63,122 bases of DNA from the IMG/VR virus record IMGVR_UViG_3300032516_005551, positions 1 to 63,122 of that record; one strand, written 5' to 3'. Position 1 is the stretch's first letter, and each line of letters opens with the position of its first letter. Made by a program: the position numbers and the translations under genes. Below are positions 9,611 to 19,908 of the stretch, piece after piece. The notes below the pieces were generated by a model. The model searched no databases, was not told where the DNA came from, and saw nothing but the letters and a program-made list of their open reading frames with translations. Source of the DNA: a virus. Lineage: Duplodnaviria > Caudoviricetes.

Positions 9611-10266
9611 AAAAGAGAGTAATGGATATGAACGCTCTTGATTATCTTGCCGAAAAATTCAAGCTGGACTTAACCCAGCCATCCCCGATCGAAATTCCCA
9701 ATGTCGGCCGGGAGATGCTGGGCACGATCTTCAAGGATCTTGGCTATCGTGTGGGTGCAGAGATCGGCGTGTTCAAAGGCGAGTTCGCCGGCATCATCCT
9801 GCGCGCCAATCCAAAGATGGAGTATTTCTGCATCGACGCCTGGGAGGACTACAACGAGTGGCGCAACAAGATGAGCACGGATGGATTAAACCTGTTCCTG
9901 CTCGAAGCGCAGGAGCGCCTGAAAGACTATAACGTCCACTTCATGAAGCGGTTCTCCATGAATGCGGTCAAACGCTTCAAAGATAATTCGCTCGACTTCG
10001 TTTATATCGACGCCAATCACGACGTCCCCTGGGTGATGGATGATATCGTCGAATGGTCCAAGAAGGTCCGGCCGGGCGGTATCGTTGCCGGCCATGATTA
10101 TGTCCATGCAACACGGTGGCGCGCTTCGTATTATTATGTGAGGAAAGCCGTTTCCTGGTATACGCAGTTGAAACCGGTTAACACATGGTTCTTGCTTGGG
10201 CGGGAAGCAAAGATCCCGGGCGAGATTCGTGATACCTGCCGTTCGTTCTTCTGGGTGAAAGAGTGA
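9607..10266 (+). CDS. Class I SAM-dependent methyltransferase (Methyltransf_24-like)
   Basis: AEIGVFKG, IDAW, LDFVYIDANH and PGGIVAGHDY motifs. Confidence 0.85.
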   Translation: MKKRVMDMNALDYLAEKFKLDLTQPSPIEIPNVGREMLGTIFKDLGYRVGAEIGVFKGEFAGIILRANPKMEYFCIDAWEDYNEWRNKMSTDGLNLFLLEAQERLKDYNVHFMKRFSMNAVKRFKDNSLDFVYIDANHDVPWVMDDIVEWSKKVRPGGIVAGHDYVHATRWRASYYYVRKAVSWYTQLKPVNTWFLLGREAKIPGEIRDTCRSFFWVKE

Positions 10267-10853
10267 AGGCATTATTGGGTTGTGAGTTCAGTGGTGTGGT
10301 TCGTGAGGCATTTCGTGCATTTGGCCATAATGCTATTAGTTGTGATTTGCTCCCTCCTGAGGATGAGAGATTTGATTACCATTATCAGGGAGATATTCTG
10401 GATATCTTAAATGACGGTTGGGATTTGATGATTGCACATCCCCCCTGCACTCGTTTATGTAATTCTGGTGTTCGTTGGCTAAACGAACGTAATTTATGGA
10501 GAGAGATGTTGTTGTCGGCTGAGTTTTTCAAAAGGTTACTTAATTGCAATATCCCATTAATCTGTATTGAAAACCCAATACCTCATCATTATGCTCTTGA
10601 TGTTATCGGTAAAAAATATGACCAAATAATTCAACCCTGGCAGTTTGGCCATCCTGAAACCAAAGCCACCTGCTTATGGCTTAAGGGGTTGCCAAACCTC
10701 CAACCAACCAATATTGTCAAAGGCAGGGAACAACGAACCCATTTGTTATCACCTGGTCCTGATAGATGGAAAGAAAGAAGTCGTACCTTACCAGGAATAG
10801 CTATGGCTATGGCTGAGCAATGGGGTAAATATTTGATAGCGGAGGCAGAATGA
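10263..10853 (+). CDS. Short phage DNA cytosine methyltransferase-like protein
   Basis: CEFSGVVR, AHPPCT (catalytic PC), IENP and RSRTLPGIA.AMAEQW motifs. Confidence 0.7.
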   Translation: MKALLGCEFSGVVREAFRAFGHNAISCDLLPPEDERFDYHYQGDILDILNDGWDLMIAHPPCTRLCNSGVRWLNERNLWREMLLSAEFFKRLLNCNIPLICIENPIPHHYALDVIGKKYDQIIQPWQFGHPETKATCLWLKGLPNLQPTNIVKGREQRTHLLSPGPDRWKERSRTLPGIAMAMAEQWGKYLIAEAE

Positions 10854-11704
10854 GAGTCTTCCTGGCTGTTTCGTTCCCGTCCTTCGGTGTGTCCCGGGTT
10901 GCCATGCAGCTCGAGAAATATCTACCATCCGATTTCGTGATCACCAATGATCCAGTTTCAGCCGATCTGACGGTCCTGCATGTCATAGGTCGTCATGATC
11001 ATAATCTGGAAAGAGCTAAACGCGTTGTAGATGCCGGTCATAAATATGCTGTTATTCAGTACACTCTCAAAAGTACCCGCAACCCTGACCCAAAAGATTG
11101 GGTCGAGTTCTGGTCAGGGGCAAAGGTTATGTGGAGTTATTATGACCTGAAAAAATACATTCCGGATATGTACCACGCTCCATTGGGAACCAATCCGGAT
11201 ATCTTCTATCAGGAGCCAGATACCCCAAAGAATTATCTTATTGGAACGAATGCCAGTGGTTCTTGTTACCAGGCAGAGTGCATCGGAGAGGCTCGTCTGG
11301 CCGTATTCAGGGCCGGTGGTCGGATGCTGCATATCGGTGAACCCTTTGGCTCCGATCCATCTGTAGACCATTTTGAGAACATCACCGATGATCAGATGCG
11401 CCATTTTTACAATCAGTGCAGTTGGTATTCAGCTCTCCGCCGCAGGGATGGTTTCGAGATGATCGCAGCCGAGGCTCTTTTGTGCGGAGTTCGTCCGATC
11501 ATGTTCGATACTCCCGATTACCGCCATTGGTTTGATGGTCTGGCAAAGTTCATTCCTGAGACATCTGTTGGGGAGACGGTTCGAAATTTGACTAAGGTCT
11601 TAAAGTCTGAGATAGAGCCTGTGACTAAGGAAGAGATTAAGGCAACAAAAAAACGGTTTAATTGGGAAACAATAGCCAGGGGGTTCTGGGAAAGATGCCG
11701 ATGA
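10850..11704 (+). CDS. Glycosyltransferase, GT-B fold (GT4-like)
   Basis: PLGTNPDIF, DGFEMIAAEALLCG (Ex7E-like) and RFNWETIA C-terminus. Confidence 0.75.
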   Translation: MRVFLAVSFPSFGVSRVAMQLEKYLPSDFVITNDPVSADLTVLHVIGRHDHNLERAKRVVDAGHKYAVIQYTLKSTRNPDPKDWVEFWSGAKVMWSYYDLKKYIPDMYHAPLGTNPDIFYQEPDTPKNYLIGTNASGSCYQAECIGEARLAVFRAGGRMLHIGEPFGSDPSVDHFENITDDQMRHFYNQCSWYSALRRRDGFEMIAAEALLCGVRPIMFDTPDYRHWFDGLAKFIPETSVGETVRNLTKVLKSEIEPVTKEEIKATKKRFNWETIARGFWERCR

Positions 11705-12552
11705 AAGGCATTTCGATATTTGCAAAACTTCCTTTCCTTAATATCCATCCTCATGTGCCTTTCAACGGTCAGAGACGTGGAAAGCTGATGAGGATCTCCT
11801 CGCTTATACGTTGTCAGCAGGTCGCAGAACATATTGGGGCCAGAGTAAATCCAGTAAGCGATTATGCAGATGATGTTTGCATTTATGTGAAACCAGGGTT
11901 CATGTTCAATGATCGTTTCGTGGAAAATGCTTATATTGATGTATTGGATGACAAGCGTTCGATCTATGTTTTGTCGGACCACCCGAAATTTATTGCGATA
12001 GCCAGTTCGATAATGAATGAACAAGTTATTGCATCTTTGGTTAAGAACAAGGTGATATTAATACCTCAACATCATAACAATTATGAGAGAGCCAGAAGAG
12101 TATCTGACCAGATAAAAACAATTGGCATGAATGGCAACACAGATTTGATGCCTTATTTTCCAAATTCCCTGAAGGAGGAAATATTCAAAAGGGGTATTAA
12201 ATTGACCAGCAACGGTTATATATACTCCAGGCAGGATGATGTTGAGTATTACAAAACCCTTGATCTTCAAGTAGTGTGGAGGCCGTATGCAACCTGGACG
12301 GGAAATCCATTGAAGATAATCAATGCCGCCTCGTTCGGTATTCCTACTATTGCCCTGAAGGAACCAGGATTTATTGATGTTGATGGTTTTTATATTCCCG
12401 TTGAAAATGAAATTGAGTTTATTGAAATTCTGGACGATCTTATCAATGACAGATCCCTTTACAATCACTATTCAGAAAGATGTTTGGAAATGTCCGAAAA
12501 TTATCATATTGACAGGATAGGAAAGCTATATAAAGAATTACAGGAGAACTGA
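11701..12552 (+). CDS. Glycosyltransferase-like protein, GT-B fold
   Basis: NPLKIINAASFGIPTIA motif and C-terminal YHIDRI. Confidence 0.65.
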   Translation: MKGISIFAKLPFLNIHPHVPFNGQRRGKLMRISSLIRCQQVAEHIGARVNPVSDYADDVCIYVKPGFMFNDRFVENAYIDVLDDKRSIYVLSDHPKFIAIASSIMNEQVIASLVKNKVILIPQHHNNYERARRVSDQIKTIGMNGNTDLMPYFPNSLKEEIFKRGIKLTSNGYIYSRQDDVEYYKTLDLQVVWRPYATWTGNPLKIINAASFGIPTIALKEPGFIDVDGFYIPVENEIEFIEILDDLINDRSLYNHYSERCLEMSENYHIDRIGKLYKELQEN

Positions 12553-12554
12553 GT

Positions 12555-13418
12555 ATGAGGGTTCTTGTTCTTGGAGGAAATGGCATGATCGGACATCGGT
12601 TATGCCATGTCTTATCAAAAAGGATGGATGTGTGGGCAACCGTCAGGGAACATCCATCCTTTTATAAGAGATTCGAATTGATGTCTGGTCTCAATTTATT
12701 GGGTAATATTAATGTTCAAGATTTCGTGAAGGTCCAATATGCGATTGAAAGTTTACTTCCGGAGGTAGTGATCAATGCGGTTGGAATTGTGAAACAGAGA
12801 AGAGAGTCTAAAGAAGCAATTCCATCAATTCAGGTGAATGCACTATTTCCACACAAACTTGCGCATCTGTGTGGCGAATTGGGCATTCGTGTTATACAAA
12901 TTTCCACAGACTGTGTATTTTCAGGGCGGAACGGAAACTATTCGGAGATAGATGAACCAGATCCAATTGATTTGTATGGTCGCACAAAATTGTTGGGTGA
13001 GTTACATGCCCATGGAACATTAACGTTGCGGACATCGGTTATTGGATGGCAATTAAGTGATTCTTACGGTTTGCTGAATTGGTTATCCTTACAGCGCGGC
13101 AAGAAAATCCCCGGATATAGAAAAGCAATTTTTAGTGGACTTACTACTACCGCGTTTACGACTTTAATTAGTGATATTATTGAATTTGAATCTCAATTGC
13201 AAGGTTTATATCATGTTGCCAGTATTCCTGTTTCCAAATATGACCTGCTTATCCAGTTACAGAAAGAATTTGGCTGGGATGATATTTCCATTTCGCCAGA
13301 TGATGAATTTGTTTACGATCGCAGTTTGGATGGTTCGACCTTTACGTCAAAAACAAATTGGTCGGCTCCTTCATGGAAATCCATGATCAAGGATTTGGTA
13401 AAAGAACGGTATGTATGA
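12555..13418 (+). CDS. rmlD: dTDP-4-dehydrorhamnose reductase-like SDR
   Basis: GGNGMIG, ISTDCVFSG, YGRTK and TLRTS motifs. Confidence 0.85.
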   Translation: MRVLVLGGNGMIGHRLCHVLSKRMDVWATVREHPSFYKRFELMSGLNLLGNINVQDFVKVQYAIESLLPEVVINAVGIVKQRRESKEAIPSIQVNALFPHKLAHLCGELGIRVIQISTDCVFSGRNGNYSEIDEPDPIDLYGRTKLLGELHAHGTLTLRTSVIGWQLSDSYGLLNWLSLQRGKKIPGYRKAIFSGLTTTAFTTLISDIIEFESQLQGLYHVASIPVSKYDLLIQLQKEFGWDDISISPDDEFVYDRSLDGSTFTSKTNWSAPSWKSMIKDLVKERYV

Positions 13419-14301
13419 TCTGACCATTATTATCCCCGCGCGTAATGAGATGTTTCTAGGCAATACAATTGCCGATATACTCGCGCATATCGAAGGCAAC
13501 ACAGAAATAATCGCAGTCCTGGACGGGGAGCTGCCCACCACCCCCATTCCTGACCACCCCCGCCTCACCCTCATCCAGTACTTCACCAGCATCGGCCAGC
13601 GCGCTGCCTCCAACCAGGCTGCCAGGCTGTCCAAAGCAAAATACCTGATGAAAGTCGACGCCCACTGCGCCTTTGACCAGGGCTTCGACGTCAAAATGAT
13701 GGCGCTCATGGCAGACGATATCACCATGGTCCCGGTCATGCGCAACCTGCACGCCTTTGACTGGGTGTGCCCCGCTGGCCACCGCCGCTATCAGGGTCCT
13801 TCCGGGCCATGCACTGAGTGCAGCCAGCCTACCACCATGGATGTGGTCTGGATCCCCAAAAAGAACCCGCAGAGCACCTGCTATCGCTTCGATACCGATA
13901 TGCACTTTCAATACCATAATGAAATGGGAAAGGAACTCACCGGCGATCTCACTGAAACAATGTCCATTCAGGGATCCTGCTTCATGGCCACCCGCGAGAG
14001 ATACTTCGCCCTTGATCTGTGCTCTGAGTCGTTTCACTCATGGGGCCAGCAGGGGGTCGAGGTCGCCTGTAAGACCTGGCTCTCCGGTGGACGGGTCCTG
14101 GTCAACCGCACCACCTGGTACGCCCACATGTTCCGCACCCAGGGCGGTGACTTCGGCTTCCCCTACGAGAACCCGCAAACAGAAGTGGTGAAGAACAGAG
14201 AATTGTCCCGGGATCTTTTCGCCGGCGATAATTGGGACAAAGCCATCCATCCATTTAGCTGGCTGATCGATAAATTCAATCCGCCAGGGTGGGTGAAGTA
14301 A
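13411..14301 (+). CDS. Glycosyltransferase family 2 (paralog of 8735..9610)
   Basis: [18 protein letters not shown] and KTWLSGG motifs. Confidence 0.85.
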   Translation: MYDLTIIIPARNEMFLGNTIADILAHIEGNTEIIAVLDGELPTTPIPDHPRLTLIQYFTSIGQRAASNQAARLSKAKYLMKVDAHCAFDQGFDVKMMALMADDITMVPVMRNLHAFDWVCPAGHRRYQGPSGPCTECSQPTTMDVVWIPKKNPQSTCYRFDTDMHFQYHNEMGKELTGDLTETMSIQGSCFMATRERYFALDLCSESFHSWGQQGVEVACKTWLSGGRVLVNRTTWYAHMFRTQGGDFGFPYENPQTEVVKNRELSRDLFAGDNWDKAIHPFSWLIDKFNPPGWVK

Positions 14302-16850
14302 TGGCAATAGTAATCAAGGGATCTCAAAATCTAACTACAGGTGGATTGACTGTTCCAGCAGATACCACGTTGATTGTTGTCTGTATCACCTATGGCACAA
14401 CTACCCCTACCATTGGTGGCATAACCATGGAAGTGGTTTGTAATGCAGGGAGCAATTCCGCAAAAATCTATACCTTGGAAGGGGGCGGCACGGGTGCAAA
14501 GACTTATTCTGGCCCTGTTCTTGGAACAGCCTATTACTTAGCAGGTGCTCTTGTTACTCCCACCGCTTTTGCTGCTGGTTACGATGCAGGGGGCCTCTAT
14601 ACAGGCGATCTCGCTTCATCATCCACCGATTTGGTGTTTGGCATATCCAAGGGCGTCGGGTCAACCCCCAGCCTCGCCCTCACGCTTGATGGTTCTGCCA
14701 CTACCGAAGGATTTAGGGATGGTGACGGAATGGTGGGTTATAGGTATCAGGGCGATAGTTCATGCCATTTTCACTGCGAAGATAATGCATCGGGCGACAC
14801 TGTATATGGCGCGGTCGCCAGTTTCGCAAAATCTGCTGTGGCGAGTGAATCTGAAAGTGCAAGTCCTTCGAAGTCTATCAGTGCATCTCAGAGCGCCAGT
14901 CCATCCAAGAGCATCAGTGCATCGGAAAGCGCCAGTCCTTCAAAGAGCATCAGTGCAAGCCAGAGCGCCAGTCCTTCAAAGAGCATCAGTGCATCTGAAA
15001 GTGCAAGCCCTTCGAAGTCTGCCAGTGCCAGTCAGAGTGCTTCGCCATCCAAATCAGCCAGTGCATCCGAGAGCATCAGCCCTTCGAAGTCGGCCAGCGC
15101 ATCCGAGAGTGCCAGCCCTTCGAAATCTGCCAGCGCCAGTGAAAGCGCAAGTCCTTCCGCTTCGATCAGCCCTTCCAAGTCGGCCAGCGCATCAGAAAGT
15201 GCCAGCCCTTCGAAGTCTGTAAGTGCAAGTGCAAGCGCAAGTCCGTCTGCAAGCCCCTCGAAGAGTGCATCGGCATCTGAGAGCGCATCGCCCAGTGCTT
15301 CGATCAGTCCAAGCAAGTCTGTAAGTGCTTCTGCAAGTGCTTCGCCCTCTGCGAGCGCATCCAAGAGTGCATCTGCTAGTGAATCGGCTTCTCCGTCTAA
15401 ATCTGCTTCTGCGAGTCAGTCAGCAAGTCCTTCGGCCTCAATTAGTCCAAGTAAGTCTGTTTCTGCAAGTGAATCTGCTTCACCCTCCAAGTCGGCGAGT
15501 AAATCAGCGAGTGCGTCTGAAAGCGCCAGCCCATCGAAGTCAGTCAGTGCCAGTGAGAGTGCAAGCCCATCTGCGAGTATCAGCCCATCCAAATCAGCAA
15601 GTGCAAGCGAGAGCGCAAGCCCTTCGAAGTCCGCCAGTGCCAGTCAGAGTGCAAGTCCATCGAAGTCTGCCAGTGCCAGTCAATCCGCCTCGCCGTCTAA
15701 ATCCGCTTCGGCTTCGGAGAGCGTAAGTCCTTCTGCTTCGATCAGTCCATCGAAGTCAGCCAGTGCATCTGAAAGTGCCAGTCCATCCAAGAGCATCAGT
15801 GCATCGGAAAGCGCCAGTGAGAGCGTCAGCCCATCAAAGTCTGCCAGCGCCAGTCAATCCGCCTCGCCGTCTAAATCCGCTTCGGCTTCGGAGAGCGTAA
15901 GTCCTTCTGCTTCGATCAGTCCATCGAAGTCAGCTAGCGCGAGTCAGTCGGCAAGTCCTTCTAAGTCAGCGTCTGCTAGTGAAAGTGCAAGTCCATCTAA
16001 GTCGGCGAGTAAATCAGCATCCGCTTCCGAATCAGCAAGCCCGTCGAAATCAGAATCAAAAAGTGCTAGTGCTAGCGAGAGTGTAAGTCCATCTGCATCG
16101 ATAAGTCCAAGCAAGTCTGCTTCTCGAAGCGAAAGTGCCAGTCCTAGTAAAAGTGCTAGTAAATCTGAATCTGCTTCTGAGAGTGCCAGTCCATCCAAAT
16201 CTGCTAGTGCCAGTGAATCAGCCAGTCCTTCAAAGTCTGCGTCTGCATCTGAAAGCGCTAGTCCGTCCAAGAGCGAAAGTAAATCTGCTTCTGAGTCTGA
16301 AAGTGCCAGCCCTTCTAAATCTGCGAGCCTAAGTGAATCAGCAAGTCCTAGTAAGTCAGCATCAAAGTCAGAAAGCGCAAGCCCTTCAAAGTCCGCTAGT
16401 GAGTCTGAAAGTGCAAGTCCATCTGCTTCGCCAAGTCCTGGGTATAAAGATTACTCTATGGGCAACTATGCAGTTCTTCCTGCAAACAATAATACACTTG
16501 AAACTCCTTATACTGTTCAAAATGTTACAGATGTTGGCAGTGATAACGCAACTAGAGTTTGCCAAAATGGAACAGCTCAATATCTGATTCATGAGTTCAA
16601 AGATTTCGTTGGAGCTTCTACGGCATGGTCAATGGCTTGGAACGGACAGTCTTCTTATGCCCCAACTTCTGCTAAAGTTGTTTTGCAAATATTCAACATA
16701 GAAGATGGCGAATGGAATGACGTAGATGAAGATAATGAAACTGGAGCTGATACTGATTTCAATTTGACTGGAACAATTACAAACGCAGATCACTATGTTG
16801 ATGCACAAGGTATCATATCTTGCAGAGTTTACCAGCTAGTAGGCATATAA
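14301..16850 (+). CDS. Serine-rich repeat protein 1 (mucin/SRRP-like, probable virion fiber or decoration)
   Basis: About 180-aa beta-rich N-domain, about 530 aa of [12 protein letters not shown]-type repeats, about 135-aa C-domain; translationally coupled to a GT2. Confidence 0.8.
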   Translation: MAIVIKGSQNLTTGGLTVPADTTLIVVCITYGTTTPTIGGITMEVVCNAGSNSAKIYTLEGGGTGAKTYSGPVLGTAYYLAGALVTPTAFAAGYDAGGLYTGDLASSSTDLVFGISKGVGSTPSLALTLDGSATTEGFRDGDGMVGYRYQGDSSCHFHCEDNASGDTVYGAVASFAKSAVASESESASPSKSISASQSASPSKSISASESASPSKSISASQSASPSKSISASESASPSKSASASQSASPSKSASASESISPSKSASASESASPSKSASASESASPSASISPSKSASASESASPSKSVSASASASPSASPSKSASASESASPSASISPSKSVSASASASPSASASKSASASESASPSKSASASQSASPSASISPSKSVSASESASPSKSASKSASASESASPSKSVSASESASPSASISPSKSASASESASPSKSASASQSASPSKSASASQSASPSKSASASESVSPSASISPSKSASASESASPSKSISASESASESVSPSKSASASQSASPSKSASASESVSPSASISPSKSASASQSASPSKSASASESASPSKSASKSASASESASPSKSESKSASASESVSPSASISPSKSASRSESASPSKSASKSESASESASPSKSASASESASPSKSASASESASPSKSESKSASESESASPSKSASLSESASPSKSASKSESASPSKSASESESASPSASPSPGYKDYSMGNYAVLPANNNTLETPYTVQNVTDVGSDNATRVCQNGTAQYLIHEFKDFVGASTAWSMAWNGQSSYAPTSAKVVLQIFNIEDGEWNDVDEDNETGADTDFNLTGTITNADHYVDAQGIISCRVYQLVGI
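14841..16440 (+). repeat. Ser-Ala/Ser-Glu/Ser-Pro-Ser-Lys coding repeat
   Basis: Degenerate about 36-bp units with synonymous codon variation. Confidence 0.9.
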
Positions 16851-17215
16851 TGACTGACGAAGAGTTTGCAAATTGGTTGAGTGCTAAATTGGTTGAAATG
16901 GGGTCTGCCATAATGCAACACTATGACCCTTGTCGCATTAGATTGGGTTCTTGTAGAGCAGGTGAAGTAAACCCATGTTGCAATGCTATTACTGTTTTTG
17001 GACTAGGTCGTTGTAAATACTTGGATAAAAATGGTTGCACTGATCCTGATCCCAAACCAACTTGTAAACTGTGGTTGTGTCGAACTGCTATTGCTTCGAC
17101 TGATCCTGTGTGTGTCGAAACTCTTATGCTTTTGGAAAAGGTAGGGTTGTTGCATAAAATTGTATTACATCCTATTATCGGTGAACGTTACAGAGGAGCG
17201 GATTGGCAACCGTAG
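16850..17215 (+). CDS. Cys-rich protein, YkgJ/CxxCxxCC-like
   Basis: C..C..CC..CKYL..GC..P.CKLWLC pattern; TAATG coupling to the upstream gene. Confidence 0.55.
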   Translation: MTDEEFANWLSAKLVEMGSAIMQHYDPCRIRLGSCRAGEVNPCCNAITVFGLGRCKYLDKNGCTDPDPKPTCKLWLCRTAIASTDPVCVETLMLLEKVGLLHKIVLHPIIGERYRGADWQP

Positions 17216-19335
17216 TTAGATTGTTTTCGTCTTTGATTTACAGAACAACAGTATTTGCGCATGCTGTTCTTATTCCGTTTGTAAACGAAGGCAAACTATC
17301 TTCTTGGAAACCAATTCATTTATGCTGGTGGTTCGAGGATCATGGCCTGGAAATACCACAGTATTTTATCGGCACCGCCCATGAAAGCGCAAGTGCAAGT
17401 GCCAGCCCAAGTGCCAGTCCTTCAAAGTCAGCCAGTGCATCCGCAAGCGCCAGCCCAAGTAAATCAGCAAGTGCATCAGAGAGCGCCAGTCCCTCGAAGA
17501 GTGCCAGTGCGTCTGAAAGCGTCAGTCCATCAGCCAGTATTAGCGAGAGCGCCAGCCCGTCGAAGTCTGCGTCGAAGAGCGAAAGTGCTAGCCCTAGTAA
17601 ATCAGCTAGCGCCAGTGAGAGTGCGTCCCCATCTAAGTCAGCCAGTGCAAGCGAAAGTGTTAGCCCGAGCAAATCTGAAAGTAAATCAGCTAGCGCCAGT
17701 GAGAGTGCGTCCCCATCTAAGTCAGCCAGTGCAAGCGAAAGTGTTAGCCCGAGCAAATCTGAAAGTAAGTCTGCTAGCGCCAGTGAGAGTGCGTCCCCAT
17801 CTAAGTCAGCCAGTGCAAGCGAAAGTGTTAGCCCGAGCAAATCTGAAAGTAAGTCTGCTAGCGCAAGTGAAAGTGCTTCTCCTTCAAAATCTACTAGCAT
17901 GTCAGAAAGTGCTAGTCCAAGTAAATTAGAAAGCCAGTCTGAAAGCGCCAGCCCAAGTGCAGTTAACCAAAATTTATGCACTGACTACTGGAACGTATCT
18001 GCTGGAGTTGGATCTGAGTCTGAAAGTGCTTCTCCGAGTAAATCGGCTAGCGCGAGTGAAAGCGCGAGCGAAAGTGCAAGCCCATCTAAGTCGGAGTCTG
18101 CAAGCGAGAGTGTAAGTCCCAGTAAATCTGCCAGTCTTAGCGAAAGCGCTTCATCATCTAAATCTGCATCGGCCAGTGAGAGCGCTTCCCCGTCTAAAAG
18201 CGTATCAGCCTCAGAATCTGTAAGCCCGTCTGCCAGTATCAGTCCAAGCAAATCTGCTTCGGCCAGCGAAAGCGCCAGTCCCTCGAAGTCAGCAAGCGCG
18301 AGTCAGAGTGCTTCGCCTAGTGCTTCGATCAGCCCAAGTAAATCAGTAAGCGCCAGCGAAAGTGCAAGTCCTTCCAAATCGGTTAGCAAGTCTGAAAGTG
18401 CAAGTCCATCCAAGTCGGCGAGTGCAAGTGAGTCCGTAAGTCCTTCCGCTTCGATCAGTCCTTCGAAGTCGATCAGTGCCAGCGAAAGCGCCAGCCCGTC
18501 GAAGTCAGCAAGCGCTAGTGAGTCTGTGAGCCCTTCGGCTTCAATAAGTCCTTCTAAGTCTGCGAGTGCGTCTGAAAGCGCCAGCCCATCGAAGTCAGTC
18601 AGTGCCAGTGAGAGTGCATCACCCAGCACTCCGCCTCCTGGGAGTGAGAGCGAAAGCGCATCGCCTTCGAAATCAGTGAGTGCCAGTGAATCGATAAGTC
18701 CTTCAAAGTCCGTCAGTGCATCTGAATCTATTAGTCCATCTGCAAGTCCATCTGCAAGTATCAGTCCTTCCAAGTCATCATCTAAGAGCGAGAGCGCCAG
18801 TGAAAGTCTCTCTCCTTCCAAATCTGCAAGCGCATCGGAGAGTGCAAGCCCCTCCAAGTCTACCAGCGCAAGTGAAAGTGCAAGTCCATCCAAGTCGGCG
18901 AGTGCAAGTGAGTCCGTAAGTCCTTCCGCTTCGATCAGTCCTTCGAAGTCTGTGAGTGCAAGCGAAAGTGTCTCACCAAGCAAGAGTGTGTCTGCTTCTG
19001 AGAGCGTTTCTCCAAGCAGAAGTCCGAGCAAAAGCGCATCAGCCAGCCAGAGTGCTAGTCCGTCCGCAAGCATCAGCCCTTCCAAGTCCGTCAGTGCTTC
19101 TCCAAGTGCTTCACCATCGAAATCTCCCAGCGCCTCTCCAAGTGCTTCTCCCAGCGCGCCCCCTCCAACCGATGTCGGAGCAGAAGATGGTGGTGGTGGA
19201 CCTTCAAGATCGTGGTCGTATGAGGAGGATCTAACCACTGAAATACCACGCAGAATGGTGCGACAGGTTGAATTACAATTGAAACAAAGGCGTGAAGAAG
19301 AAGAGATTATAATTCTACATAGGAAACGCCTATGA
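17203..19335 (+). CDS. Serine-rich repeat protein 2
   Basis: Short N-domain, about 590 aa of [12 protein letters not shown] repeats, acidic/hydrophobic C-terminus (REEEEIIIL); the TTG start is uncertain. Confidence 0.75.
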   Translation: MATVVRLFSSLIYRTTVFAHAVLIPFVNEGKLSSWKPIHLCWWFEDHGLEIPQYFIGTAHESASASASPSASPSKSASASASASPSKSASASESASPSKSASASESVSPSASISESASPSKSASKSESASPSKSASASESASPSKSASASESVSPSKSESKSASASESASPSKSASASESVSPSKSESKSASASESASPSKSASASESVSPSKSESKSASASESASPSKSTSMSESASPSKLESQSESASPSAVNQNLCTDYWNVSAGVGSESESASPSKSASASESASESASPSKSESASESVSPSKSASLSESASSSKSASASESASPSKSVSASESVSPSASISPSKSASASESASPSKSASASQSASPSASISPSKSVSASESASPSKSVSKSESASPSKSASASESVSPSASISPSKSISASESASPSKSASASESVSPSASISPSKSASASESASPSKSVSASESASPSTPPPGSESESASPSKSVSASESISPSKSVSASESISPSASPSASISPSKSSSKSESASESLSPSKSASASESASPSKSTSASESASPSKSASASESVSPSASISPSKSVSASESVSPSKSVSASESVSPSRSPSKSASASQSASPSASISPSKSVSASPSASPSKSPSASPSASPSAPPPTDVGAEDGGGGPSRSWSYEEDLTTEIPRRMVRQVELQLKQRREEEEIIILHRKRL
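17596..17847 (+). repeat. Near-perfect 84-bp tandem triplication within the Ser-rich repeat
   Basis: Units start at 17596, 17680 and 17764. Confidence 0.85.
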
Positions 19336-19868
19336 GAATCAGTGTAACTCTCAATGTTCCAAATAAAATTCTAAACCCGCAGAACGTGATCAGAGAGATT
19401 GCCAGGGTTCAGCGATCTCAAACCGCGCCGGATGTGCGGAGACTGTTTCAGAGAACGGTGGTGGGATGGAAGAATCCTCCAGGTTTTCCAAACATTCAGA
19501 AAATTGAAAGAGATTCTATTGGTATAACGACTTCAGCCATAGGTACTATAAGAAGTTCACACGGATTAACAGCCACACAACAATATGCCCTTGTCAATGT
19601 TGGCGCAAACCAACATCCTATTCCGACACCAGGAACAACTGCGGTAGGAGGTTGGTTGCGGTTTCAGCGCGGATATTCTTCTTCCACTCGTCCACGTGTC
19701 TTATCCAGCCGGGCCTACATAAGATCAGGAGTTTTTCGACGTGCCAGGTCTGTGGATCATCCTGGTTTTGATCCGCGCGAATTCGATGCGGAGATTGCTG
19801 ATCAATATACTCCAACCTTTACGGCAGACATGCAGGATGCCATAAACAGGGGAGCAAACATGCCTTGA
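19332..19868 (+). CDS. Virion morphogenesis / neck-like protein (HK97 gp10-like)
   Basis: Basic protein with YALVNVGA and VDHPG motifs, located in the head module. Confidence 0.5.
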   Translation: MRISVTLNVPNKILNPQNVIREIARVQRSQTAPDVRRLFQRTVVGWKNPPGFPNIQKIERDSIGITTSAIGTIRSSHGLTATQQYALVNVGANQHPIPTPGTTAVGGWLRFQRGYSSSTRPRVLSSRAYIRSGVFRRARSVDHPGFDPREFDAEIADQYTPTFTADMQDAINRGANMP

Positions 19869-19908
19869 TTTAACTCTTGACAATTTTCGTGTTATACTTA
19901 AGAGGAGG

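Noticed and set aside
14545-19238. Alternative-frame and antisense ORFs over the Ser-rich genes (e.g. 17340..17981 -, 18303..19238 -)
   Set aside because: Shadow ORFs caused by low-complexity repeats lacking stop codons.
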